Made by a program: the position numbers and the translations under genes
Assembly (NCBI GenBank): GCA_964270895.1
Contig: OZ185439.1
Direction: 5' to 3' (one strand)
Length of the DNA: 64,000 nucleotides
Source: Podarcis filfolensis
Taxonomy: Eukaryota
The notes under the pieces: generated by a model
What the model saw: only the letters and a program-made list of their open reading frames with translations
Told to the model about the DNA's origin: nothing
The model's database searches: none
In this document: positions 11,782-23,459 of the stretch, one piece after another
Layout: each line of letters opens with the position of its first letter
How positions within the stretch are numbered: position 1 is the first letter of the stretch

Positions 11782-14700
11782 GTGTATATGTATTATTCTT
11801 TCTGTTACAACTGAATGAAATGCTTTCCCCCCCAAAATGGTGTTATATATTATATAAGGTGCATTGATACTCTTGATTTTACAGATGAGAATGGGAATGA
11901 TTTTGGACCAAGGCAAGTCTGAGAATGACTAATCAGCAGCTGATTACAGTTGCTAGTACCTCGTACTAGAATTGAAACTCCTGAAATGGGAGCAGCTGAA
12001 ATTAGTTCCATAGGGTGGAATTCAACATCACACTATTACAAATGTTCCATCTGCACAAGCATATCAGCTTGCTAGACAGAATGATCACCCTTCCTTCCCC
12101 CATGTACTATTCAGCAGGTTCTCCTAATCCCCACTCAAACCAGTTGGGGGGCGGGGGCGGGGGGAGACATGAGGGGAGAAAAGGGAGGGAAATCCCTGCT
12201 GTAGATAAGCATTGCAGGTTTATATGCATCTTTGAATTCCAACGTTTATTTTTTAAAAAAAGTTTCCATTAAGGATGGGGGCAAACATTCAGTGCAGGGC
12301 CACTCAGTTATGGGATTAACCCTGTTTGAACTGCAGTACACAGACGCAAGGTGGGCATAGTGTCTTAATTCTGTTCACATCCAACCTTCCGTATACCACA
12401 GTCTATTGCTTTCCCTAGGAAAAAACAGCCTTATTTGTTGGGCGACTGATAGAGGGCTCCAGCAGAGAGAAGAGAGGCCCAGCAAGCTTATTCTGTGGCA
12501 GGAAATGATTCATAAGAGCAGCGGTGATCATGGAACATCATTTCCTCTGGAGAGGCCTGATGGGCCTTCACTGGGAACCTCCACCTAAAGTTGTTTTTAT
12601 TTCTTCTTTGGAGAAGGGGAGGGGGGCTGTGCAGCCATTACACCTATAGTATTAAGATAGACTACTTGGAGAGTTTGGGGGATTTTCAGTAAGTTGATTT
12701 GGGGGGCAAACATCTCACTACTCAGCAGAGTTCTTACCCTGTTGTTTAGCCCTGGGACTCTTATATCAACTAACATTAATTAAAAGGGGTAATAAAGTTA
12801 ACCCTCCAATAATTCCTTATTTTTATAGCTCTTAATATTGTGAAAGGAAGTATGTAGCTGGCTAGTTCAAATCAATATGTGAAATTCAGCATATTATACC
12901 ACCCCACTGCCTGCTTAGCTTTTCCAAATCACACTGTAGCTTGCAGATTTCTTCCTTATATGCAACTCATAATGACCAAGAAAGTTCCAGAGTCTTGAAT
13001 GGCAACCCTGAACCCCTTAGGTTCCTAGGCCTCAATGCCAGGGTCTTTTCCTCTAGTCTCAGTCTCTTTTAATTGCCCATGGATTAAGTTCCTATAGCTC
13101 ATGGACCCAAGCATCAGGCCAGATGTTGGGCAAACCATGACTGGTGGATGGGGCAATCTCAAAAGGGCTCACTCTTAGTGCTGATGAACTGATTGGTGTT
13201 AACAGCAGGTCTTCAAAGGGTTCAATCTAAGCACCGACAGAATGAGTCTCATTGAGTGTACTAGGAAGTTAGTTCAGCTGATCTCAGTGGGGCTTGCTGG
13301 CAGCACCAATCAGCTGTAGGGTCCTGGCAGCAAGTCTTGCACTTTAAGCTCCTGATTGTTTCTTTGTAACTACGTCTTTACCCACCAATCACCTGATATC
13401 ACATATGTCATCAGGGATGGTGCAGGTGGGCATGGATTGGGGAAAATGGTCTTGTGAGCCAAGGGGGCCTGTGGGTGGGACACTGCTGTTTACTGTCAAC
13501 TCTGTTCTCACCCATTAAGCTACTTTGCTTCTGGGCTCCCTGGCTTTTTAGGTTCCATGTCTTCTGGTGTGTCCACCAAGTCAGCTTTCAAGTTCTTACC
13601 TTACATGAGGTGGTAATCCCCAGCAGACTGACAGCCCTTCTTTTTCTCATTTCTCAGCATACCAGCATAACTGTAGAGTGAAGGTGAATGTGTTCACATG
13701 CTTTTCACATAACTGGAGCTACCTCTTGATGGGATGGGACCGTGCTATTTTTGATGAGTTACAGCAGTTTTGACAGTTTGGGCCGAGGACGTAGGGCCTG
13801 AGAACTGAATCTAACTTGCTAAGCCTTTCCCTCCTAGAAAAGCTTCCCTTTGCTTTTCTGGAATGACATGTCCACAAGTGAGCTGCTGCACAAGAGCAGG
13901 GTGAGGCTTTGCTTGGTGGGAATAGCCTTGGTGAGTTTCCAATTTCCCATGGTCCTGCATTGCCTGTTTTTGAATTTTGGCCAAAGTGTGCAGTGATGAG
14001 CATATCATATTTGCCCCGTGATTGTGAGACAATTCAAGTGGCATTAATGAAATTCTAATTCTTGAAAAAACGAGAAAGGTGAATCATCTGTTAAATCACA
14101 TAAATGTCATATGAATTGATGTAGCTCTCTTGCCTTCAGCAGCACTTGCGCCTGTTTATGGGAGCAGTAAATATGTGGACAAAGAGTTGTGTATAAATAC
14201 AGTCGCCTTGCAACACGCACACATTTAACTTGCATGATTGCAGCTTTATGTGCTTGGCAGCTGACCAGCTGATATCACAGAAGTTAAACGCATGCAAGGC
14301 GCAGAGCTTAAAAGCTCTTTCCTGGTGTGGAAAACACTTTTAAGCTCTCAATCTTGCTTACCAGGCTCTAACTCTGGGAGGATCCCATGAGATCTTGTGA
14401 GAGCCTTCCAGAGCCCAGTAAGCAAGACAAAAAGCTTAAAAGCTCTCCACCATGCGTGTTGGGGCGGAGGCCAAGGCCTGCTTGACACACTGGCTTTGGA
14501 AAGGTAGGGATGGTCACATGGGGGCAATTCCAAAGTTAAAACAATTTTGGCTTTTTACACTATCCTCTGGAACATAACCCTTGCATAAGTTGCAATCCCA
14601 CTGTACTGGATTTACACAGCAGGGTTTATTGGTTCTCTTCCTGTAACAGCTGTGTTCCTTCTAAGTTTTTCTTACCCACAAGATTCCAAAACTATGGGAA

Positions 14701-14802
14701 ACCTCAAAAGAGAAAGGTTTGGGATTTTGTTGACCTAAGGACTAGTACACACCCCAGGGTTTTTAGTGGCCATAGGTTCAGTTAATAGTATTGTAAGTGT
14801 TT

Positions 14803-15000
14803 GGGGAGAGACATAGCTCATTACTTCAGTAATGAAGCGTTTTGGGTTTTTTTGTTTTTTTAAAGGGCCCAGGTTCCGTCTCTTGCATTAGCAACTTCAA
14901 GGATTAGGGTGCAGGTAATGTGGAAGACATCACTGTACTGCAGACCAAGGAGAACTGCCATTCATAGTACAGAATACTGATAGATGTATAGTCTGACCTT
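14803..15000 (+). mobile_element. tRNA-derived SINE (Squam3-like), highly decayed
   Basis: ggggagagacatagctca head, gggcccaggttc B-box-like segment, and a tail gaatactgatagatg...tagtctgacc resembling other copies. Confidence 0.4.
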
Positions 15001-17260
15001 GTGACCTGTGTTTCCTGTTTGAGATATATTCCTTCATTGATTGTGGAACTGCTAGTAGGCTAAACTAACTGGGGTAATAAATGTGATAACAAGCTTGCTT
15101 AATTATCTAGTTCTCATTTATTCACCCGCAGAGTTTTTTAAATTTATGGTAATGGGTATCCCTCAATGTTGCACTGTTCTTGAGATTAATGGAGCATGCC
15201 ATCTCAGTAGCATTTGATAATTACTATAGTTCTTAGGTTTGGGGTATGATCAGTAAGCATGCTGTCACGGCCAGGAAAGCATTCCTTCGCCAGGGTCTGT
15301 ATTTGGAACTGAAAAGGCATAGACTGGCTCTTGTTTGAATGTTAAAGAATTCAATAATGTATAAACTCAGTGTTAGTGACACATCTGTTGTCAGATGTCT
15401 GTGTTGTTGAAACATTTTCATTGAATAACTGTATACCTGCCTTCTCAGATAAGAAGCCATCCAGTTTTTATTTAAATCTAGATTTTGCCCAACGTATTGA
15501 AGTGATGAATAATGAGTTTCAGTTTTTTTTAAGAAGAACACAAGGATCAAACAAAAGAGAAAGGCATTTTCAGATGTGATTAGCTAGCGACAGAGTACCA
15601 TTATTATTCTGTGAATATGTTATGGTGTAGTAAACTATATTTCTTGCTTGAGATCACAGAGGAAAATACCCAGCTATTTGCTTGTGTCTGTCTGCTAACA
15701 TCTTAGATGATGTCATGTCTATTGTTTCTAATGTCTTCTAAAATATCTGTAAAATACTTTGCAGGTACTTATTCAGTGATTAATGGTCAACATAGAAATA
15801 CCACTTGGCAAGTAGAACAGGGACCCTAAGGGTCATCTAGTTCATCTCCTTGTATATAAGCCTTGTGGGTGTATTGTGGGATTTTCAACAGTGATAATTG
15901 CTGGTGAGATTAATGCAGTTTTTCTCAGGATATGCCTAGTGCTAGCATTGTATATCCTGGATCTCTTCTTGTATAAGAAACCACTTGCATAAGAAACCAT
16001 TGTAACAGTCTGCTCATGGTTGAGCCAACATAGCAGTTATGTTCTAGGTTAAGGTATAATATATCATATAATTATGTAACACATACAATGCTATTGGTAT
16101 TTTATATATTGCTGACTTTGATATCAGTGGAACTTCATCACCATAAAATTAGTTCAGCAATCAGACCGCAAAGCATAAATCTTATGGAATTTCATTTAAT
16201 TATGCACTTGCTCTCAATTACTTGGAAGTGCTAGAATGCAGCTGATGAGAGCAAATCTTTTGCTTACCATATATCACTAAAAATATTAAATAAACCATGC
16301 AGTAAGTTTTATAGCATAATGCAGCTTGACAGAGAATCGAAGACCACAGAACCTGCCCTTTCTCTCTCTCTCTCTTCATCCCCAAGCTGTGCTTCTAGGA
16401 CTGTTTGGAGTCCTAAATAGAAAAGATGACTTCAATTCTGTCCCAGGCAGACATCAGTGTATACATAATTTAACACAGTTTGGCACAATTCACAGTCATC
16501 ACCTAGGAAATGCCCAGAAGTGAGTCAATGCAGCAAAATCAGTTCCTGACAACTTCTAGATAGCTACCCTTTGAAGGCTTCATTTCCCGTGCATTGTTTT
16601 GCCATTGCTTGTATATTCTGTGACTGGTGTGCATCAAGGGATGTATATGTCTACCTGAAAATACAATACTACCAGTATTGTCATTGTTTCCTATGTTTGC
16701 TGGTGGGATTGGTACAAAATCAGAACTAGGAACTTCTCAAAACTCTTGCCTTGAGGGAAACTCCACGTTCTCTCTCTCTCTGGGAATCATAGTATTTTGA
16801 CAATATTATCAGTTTCCTTTCTTCCTTTGCTGAGCAGAAATAGAGTGAAACTGTGTGCCATTTTCTTATGTCAGTTTGTCAGTTTTTATGAAGCGTTGAA
16901 TTTTTAGAGAGTTGTTAAACCCAGACTTAACATTAATAAAAATGAATAGAGAATTATGCTGTGACACTTTGTGCCAACTTCCACAAACCGTAAAGCTTTC
17001 AACACATTAATGCTAGCATTTTTAGATAACGATGATTAGAGGAAAATGTGTATTCTGAAATAAAGTATAACAGTAAACTGCTATAATACCTTTCACGACA
17101 ACAGGAAATACATCTTGCATGATCATAATATTCTGATATCTTATTTTTTTGTATTATTTCCTTTTTGAAATCCATGTTTTTTAATTATACCGCTTCTTTT
17201 AATATTCTGGAGGTTTTTGTGCAGGGGGTTCAGAGTTATCTTAGTAGGAATTGGCTTAGC

Positions 17261-17403
17261 TTGGGGTAGCCAACATAGTGCCCTCAATATATTGTTGGAC
17301 TACAACTTCCATCATCCCTGACCATTTGCCATGATTGCTGAGGCTGATGGGAATTGTGGTCAACATCTAGAGGGCACAACATCTAGAGGGCTTGGCTACT
17401 TTG
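17261..17403. mobile_element. Palindromic hAT-type MITE with an internal 16-bp duplication
   Basis: ggggtagccaacatagtgccctc...ttggactacaacttccatcatccctgacc...ttggctact; the sequence caacatctagagggc occurs twice in tandem. Confidence 0.75.
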
Positions 17404-18496
17404 ATGTCACAGAGGGGCCAATCTTAGAATTTGAATGTTAGTGTCTTTGAGCAAATTTTGGCAAAGTAACAATCCTTTTCGTTTCCAGTGCAGACTGGAG
17501 ACTTACTAGAAATGGACAATGCATTTGCTTCTAGGTATGTGAAGAAAACAGGTATTATTTGCTTGTTTATTTCCTACGCTTCACAAGGTTCCACTGTGGG
17601 TCACAACATTAAAACACAATATTAAAAACAGTTTAAAACAATGCTGGCTTGTTATGCCTGGCTGTAGATTGATGTTTAGAGACATGAGTTCAAATATCAA
17701 CTTCAGCCCTTGTTTCAAAATTCTAAAGAGGCAAGCAATAGAACATGGAAACAAGTCCTTAATTCTGTGCATTAACATGCTGTTTCAACAAAAATGAAAC
17801 TGAACCATGGGCAAGGGAGGAATTCTGTTGGTACAAAGCAGGGAAGTAGTAGGAGTCAGCTAATAAGGAGAATGTGCTTGCCACTGGCTCAGGGGATTGC
17901 TGTAAAACATTAGGAAGTAACATCAATGCTGAGGATTTTCTCTAGGTCCCTCCATCTGTACGTGACAGCAGACTTCCTTCAGAATATGCTTAGGCTAGTC
18001 AAACTAGTTCTCTGTCTCTCCTTTTTTCGTCCTACTTAAATGGGGAACAAGTGCTGGCTGATAGTGGCTTGGGATTGCAATCTGCTTTGTAGTGTAATTT
18101 GGTGGCATGGGCTGAAGTTTAGCAGTTCCTCTTTCCATTCTTGGCTGAAACAAGTTTGTCAGATTTCACTCAAGAGTTCAGCCCATTGTGATAGCATGCA
18201 GACCATGAATGAGAAATAGGAAATATAAAACCACAACACCACTTGTTGTTCCATGCATTTACCGCTTGATTTGGTGTAACTGCCGACTTCCCCATTGTAT
18301 AGAATTTTGATTAAATCAGCAGCTTTTTGGGGGGTTGGGAGCTGATTACAATGATTCTACTCCCAATCACCCCATGCAGCATAAGAACAGTGTTGTTTGT
18401 CTTCTCTAACACTGCTCAAATACCTGATAAATAACCCTACAAACACCATAAATTAGACTACTGGAACATTTTGAGAGTTTCTGACAGTATTTTCCT

Positions 18497-18559
18497 GTTG
18501 TTGTTGTTGTTGTTTAGTCGTTTCGTCGTGTCCTACTCTTTGTGACCCCATGGACGAAG
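18497..18559 (-). mobile_element. BovB tail-only insertion with an 11-bp TSD
   Basis: The minus strand reads gtccatggggtcacaaagagtaggacacgacgaaacgactaaa(caa)n. TSD agtattttcct at 18486-18496 and 18560-18570. Four extra bases (gaag) at the 5' junction. Confidence 0.9.
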
Positions 18560-21500
18560 AGTATTTTCCTAGGGACTAGCAATTTTATATTATCTATAGG
18601 ATGAGAAATGGAATAGCTTGGGGGAGGGGGTTAAACTGAACATTTCCCCCCTGCCAGCATTGTCAGAACTTAGGAATGGTTTCAGAAAAACTGTTTTCCA
18701 GAATATTTTCCAAAAATGCAGACTTGGGCAGGGAGACTGTCCTGAGGGGATCAGAATAACTTTGTTATATCTGTGTTTTTATGTAAAAAGAGAACCTATA
18801 ATTTACTGCGGGAAAAAGAACTCTGGCCAGTTTTGCTATAAGGTAGATGTGAAACCTTTGTTTAGTTTCAGTACTCCCAGCCTTTTCTTCTTGAAATATT
18901 TTGGAAAACATTTTTAAGAAATATGTACTTGAGGCACCCTTAACGACTATCTATAGCAGCTGGACGGCAGCTGTCTGTTCCTCTCTGCAAGTTCGGTCTA
19001 CCTATTGGAACACATATTTCCTATTGCTCTACATATACATTAAAGAGGATAGTTTTCAAAGTTCTGTTTTTTCATTCCCTTCAAAATTCTGTGCTTTTGG
19101 GTAGAAATAACTACAGCAAGTTTGTATCCTCCCTGTTGCCATTTGCAAGCAAAGCCTGCAGTTTTGTATTTCAAAATAGACTGGGAATTTGAGTCTTCTC
19201 TGCATGCCTCTCATGATGTCATGTGTTGGCAGTGAAAAGTTATCCATGTGGCCACTACATACCACACACATGACCGCTACGTACCACACTCATGCCAGTT
19301 TGGTATTTCTGAAAGGTTACAAATCAATGAGAATAATTTTATGCAAGTGCTCTATAAAATGAACATAACATAGTAAGAGCATTCTGTGTTCTGCTCTTGC
19401 TCTTTAAATTGCTTGAAAACAATCAGCCGTCAGTCAAGCCAGGAGGGCAAGACGGGCAACCTTCGATATATTGAATTGTGTGATGTACAACAAGCTGGGC
19501 TTGAACCTATGAGGCTCAAAGCATTTTGTGATATACTTAAAAGGTGAAAAAACAGGAAAAAATCTTTTCAGCTCTGCAGTGAGATTACTACAAAGTATTC
19601 AAGCATAATGTTCATTCTCAGTGAGATGATGGACTGCTGCAGGCATAATGTCATTCCTTAACAGTGATTAAGAGGCTGGGACTGGGAAATGGGATCATTT
19701 CAAATCCTGGGCTAAGAAGAAACTCCGATTGCCCTTAACATCAGTTAACTGTGATACCAATGTAGTGCTTAACTGAAATTTGCAGATGGAGGGCTGAATT
19801 AATATGAACATGCAATTATGTAGCTCAGCTGTCATCTTTTAAACATTTTCTTTTTTAAAAAAAATTTCAATCATTGTTAAGAGACTGACTGACTGTTATG
19901 TCTACACAAGCCATGTTAGAGTTAAGCAGTTTTGTCAGGATGGGAAGAAAGAGTCAATGGTATATCATTATGGAAATATATCTAGGAAACATTCAGGTGC
20001 TTCCCTTCACCCATCCCCCGCATGAGTGAGAGGAGAGTTCTGAATGTTTTTGTTTCTGTTTCAGACTAACTACAGCTTAGCATTATGTCTGAACCTAAGC
20101 AAACTGTGGTTTGTGTTAAGTAAGGTTGGTTGGAACAAACCAGCTTCATGCTATAGACAACTTGATTTGTTTCAACCAACAAGCCATCTAACCATAGTTT
20201 AAAAAAAACCACTGTTTAAGTTTGGGTGCAACACTAAACTGTGGTGAACTGAAATTGGAAATGAAAGATTTTGATCTCCTCCCGGCTACACTGGCTGGGG
20301 CTTATTGGAGTAGTAGTCCAAAACATCTGGAAGAAACCAGATTGGCAGAGGCTGGGTTATAGTTACATCAAAATGCAAAGCGCAGAAGTTTAGTTTTCTT
20401 TTCTATGTTCAAATAATTAAAACATGTGTAAGAATATGACAGGTCATATGGCTGCATATTCTCTGAGGTTGTAGAATGTATCAGCATAACAGCCTGCAAG
20501 CGTTTCAATTGCCCGGATAATGCCTGGATAATGATTGATGTGAAGCAGGAATATTTGAAAGAATGCAGTTGAAAAAGAAACCCCATATGTTATCCAGTTT
20601 TCTTCTAGCTTTTCCCCCTGCACAGTCTGATATATTTTTCTTCCAACTTCTAGCCTTCCCAAACTTTTACTGACTTAGATGCCTGCTATTTTGAAAATGT
20701 TTTGGTATGAAATGTTGTCTTGCAAGATGCTGATCTGAGCATCTGTTAAGCAGATGGAAATGAGAATGTTTCCAGCTCCTAATGACAAACACAAGCAAAG
20801 GGAACTATTCCAAATGTTGAGCAACTCACTGGAGCCTTACGTTCCTTAGTATCCTAAGCAGGGCAGGATTTGAACCTCTGCAGCTAAACGGCTTTAGGAT
20901 AAGCATTTGCTTGCAGTTGTGGAACTAGTTTTTAACTGTGCATTCTAAACATATTTGCTTATACTGAAGCTGGGTCAAGTCACTGCTGTTCAGATCTCTG
21001 CTAAACCTAAAGGTCAAAAGTACTTGCAGTCAATGTATGCCTTTTAGCAATACTTCGTAATTCTTTTGTTCTTATTTTTCAAAGGAACATGTTGATGTTT
21101 ATGAACATTGACCTGGACCTGATGTTTGGAGGTATATATCTAGTATTTATGGTTACAGCTCTATGAAATAGGCAGCAGAAATTGAAAGAATTCATAAAGG
21201 TTCTGGAAGAGTACCCATGTTACCCCCCCAAACCCCCCCCCATTTGATACATTAAAATACTTAATTATTTTATTGCAGTACAAGTGTTCATGTACAAATA
21301 TATTTTTACATCAGGTGTTTCCCTTCATTTCTGCCTCTTAGGCTACACTGAGGAAAAATCTATGCCTGCATGGTTCAGTCTAATGCTAAAGAATTTACTT
21401 GTCTACTGAGGGCTACATGTTCTTGACTGGCCTTAAATCTTTCAACTTTTACCATGACAACTTCTAAAATGAAACACTACAACCTCTCTATATTACTTCT

Positions 21501-22106
21501 TTGGGGCTTAATTTTAAGATAGGGATTATTTGGAATTAGTTTAAATCTTACGACTAATCTCCAGAATCTGAAAAGTGAAATATGTTGTGATTGCATTACA
21601 AGTTTCTGGTAGGATAGTACATAAAAACACAAAAGTCCATCTGGTCCAACTTCCTGTTTTTGCCACAGTGGTGAAAGAGATGCTTATGGAACGCTCACAA
21701 GCAGGAAACAAGGGCACTCTCACTGTTGTTCTCTAGATCTAGATTGGGCTGGTTTCTTTTGTAAATTGATTTTTTAATTAAATTTGCTGTTCATACACAC
21801 GGAAAGACAGCTGAAGGATTTCTCAGTGTGTGCATATGTGATGCAAAACATCAAGTGTGATATCTTTCATAAGTGAATGAAGTCTACACTTGCGTTTTAG
21901 TGCTAGAATAATATGGATTTCAAATATTTAGAGAGTGCCAGCCAACTACATATCTTTACCTGAGGTGTCTAATGGGTTCCAAAAATGGAGTGGGAAAGAA
22001 TACAATAACAAAAAACAAAACAAAACGCCAACTTTCTTGTGTTTCTTTTTTATTATGCTTGGTGAGAATATGCACAAAATGAACATGCTTTTTGTGTTGT
22101 CCTTCT

Positions 22107-22464
22107 CAGGAGTGACACGGCACGTTTCACTGCTTGAGGTGAAACGAAGTGCCGCCATGCCCTGCCGCTTCCCCTGTTCCCACCACCAACATACCTGCCC
22201 CTGCAACTTCCACTGCCACTGTCTGCTCTGACACCGCCACATTCTCTGCTGCATCTGCTGCTGCTGGTGAAGCACCACCACCATTAGTGCCAACAAGATT
22301 GCGCTGATTTGCGCTGATCTCACCCAAAATGGTCATGATCTTACCCAAAATCAGTACTGCTGGCAGTGGCACTTCTCTGCCACTGGCGAAGGTGGCAGCA
22401 CAGGCAGGGCACTTGTAGGGGTGCTGCCTGAGGCAGCAGCCTCACCTGCCAGCTCTGGTCCTCC
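22107..22464. mobile_element. Decayed GC-rich element, probably hAT-type non-autonomous, interrupted by L1
   Basis: The start (caggagtgacacggcacgtttcactgcttgaggtgaa) resembles the left end at 10370. The motif gctgcctgaggcagcagcctcacc lies near the other end. Low-complexity GC-rich interior. Confidence 0.35.
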
Positions 22465-22905
22465 TTTTTTTTGAAAAAAAATTGTTATTGATTTCTCCAT
22501 GTATACATCTTCTAACAATATATCTCTAACAATTTTTCATATTTCCACCCTCCTCCCCTGGACTTCCCTCATACTCCGTTTTGTTTTATTTCCATATTGT
22601 TCACCCTGCATATTGTTTTCCCAAAATTTCCCCAATACATATAGTCTTATTTTTTTGTTGTATACTGTTGTGATTGTTTACTCAAACCCTGCCAATGAGT
22701 CCATTTCTTTATGTTGCCTCTTCATATATGTTGTAAATGGTTCCCATTCTCTTTTAAAGTCTTTGTTTTCCTTTTCATGTAATTTTTCTGTTAATTTTGC
22801 CAGTTCTGCATATTCCATAAGTTTCCCTTGCCATTGTTCTTTCGTTGGTATTTCTTCTGTCTTCCAAGTTTGTGCTAATATGATTCTTGCCACTGTTGTT
22901 GCATA
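22465..22905 (-). mobile_element. L1 LINE, 5'-truncated (ORF2 C-terminus, 3' UTR, A-tail)
   Basis: The minus strand encodes YATTVARIILAQTWKTEEIPTKEQWQGKLMEYAELAKLTEKL...KREWEPF (reptile L1 ORF2 end). A-tail (T-run on +) at 22465. TSD cagctctggtcc at 22450-22461 and 22906-22917. Confidence 0.88.
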
Positions 22906-23170
22906 CAGCTCTGGTCCCTCTACACCTCTTCCCAAGACCTTGCACACCGATGTGCAAGTTGGACTACAGATCTCTCTGATCTTAAGAATAGAGAACTACA
23001 TGTGAAGGCAGCAAGGCTGACTATTAGGGTGCAAGTATGAATGTTAGGTGACTTGCAGGAAGTCACCGTTAGTGCCGATTTCAGACAAGATTGTGCTTCC
23101 TCTCTCATAGCACTAGCAGTCGTGGGACTCCATTGAAAATGAATGCTGGAAGTTTCAGGATGCATGAAAG

Positions 23171-23407
23171 CAGTGATGGAACTTCGTGCTCCGGCACTGG
23201 GGGTGGAGAGCAGGTGGAGGCGTGGCGTGTGTCCTGGGGGCATGGCACGCCACCCGCAGGGGTGTGGCACGCGTCCTGGGGGCGTGGCGTGCGTCCTGGG
23301 GACGTGATGCGCCGCCTGCAGGGGGTGGGGAACTGTGATGGCACCCTATTGGGATCGTGGTGCCAGGGGCGGTGTGCTCTCCCCGCCCCCCTCTTCCTCC
23401 ACCAGTG
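23171..23407. mobile_element. GC-rich hAT MITE with internal ~21-bp repeats
   Basis: TIRs CAGTGATGGA and the reverse complement of TCCACCAGTG (8/10). Perfect 8-bp TSD catgaaag (23163-23170, 23408-23415). Three ggygtggcrygygtcctgggg units inside. Confidence 0.85.
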
Positions 23408-23459
23408 CATGAAAGAAATGTGCATGAAAGAAATAGGCAGTGCATGAAAGAAATAGGCA
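23405..23459. repeat. Tandem triplication of the MITE end/TSD junction
   Basis: One GTGCATGAAAGAAAT unit (15 nt) followed by two GTGCATGAAAGAAATAGGCA units (20 nt). Confidence 0.9.

Noticed and set aside
12146-12176. G-quadruplex-capable G-runs
   Set aside because: Such simple G-runs are common in vertebrate introns and there is no evidence of function.
22499-23005. 168-aa hydrophobic ORF (+)
   Set aside because: It is the antisense reading of the A-rich L1 3' end and has no splice or domain support.
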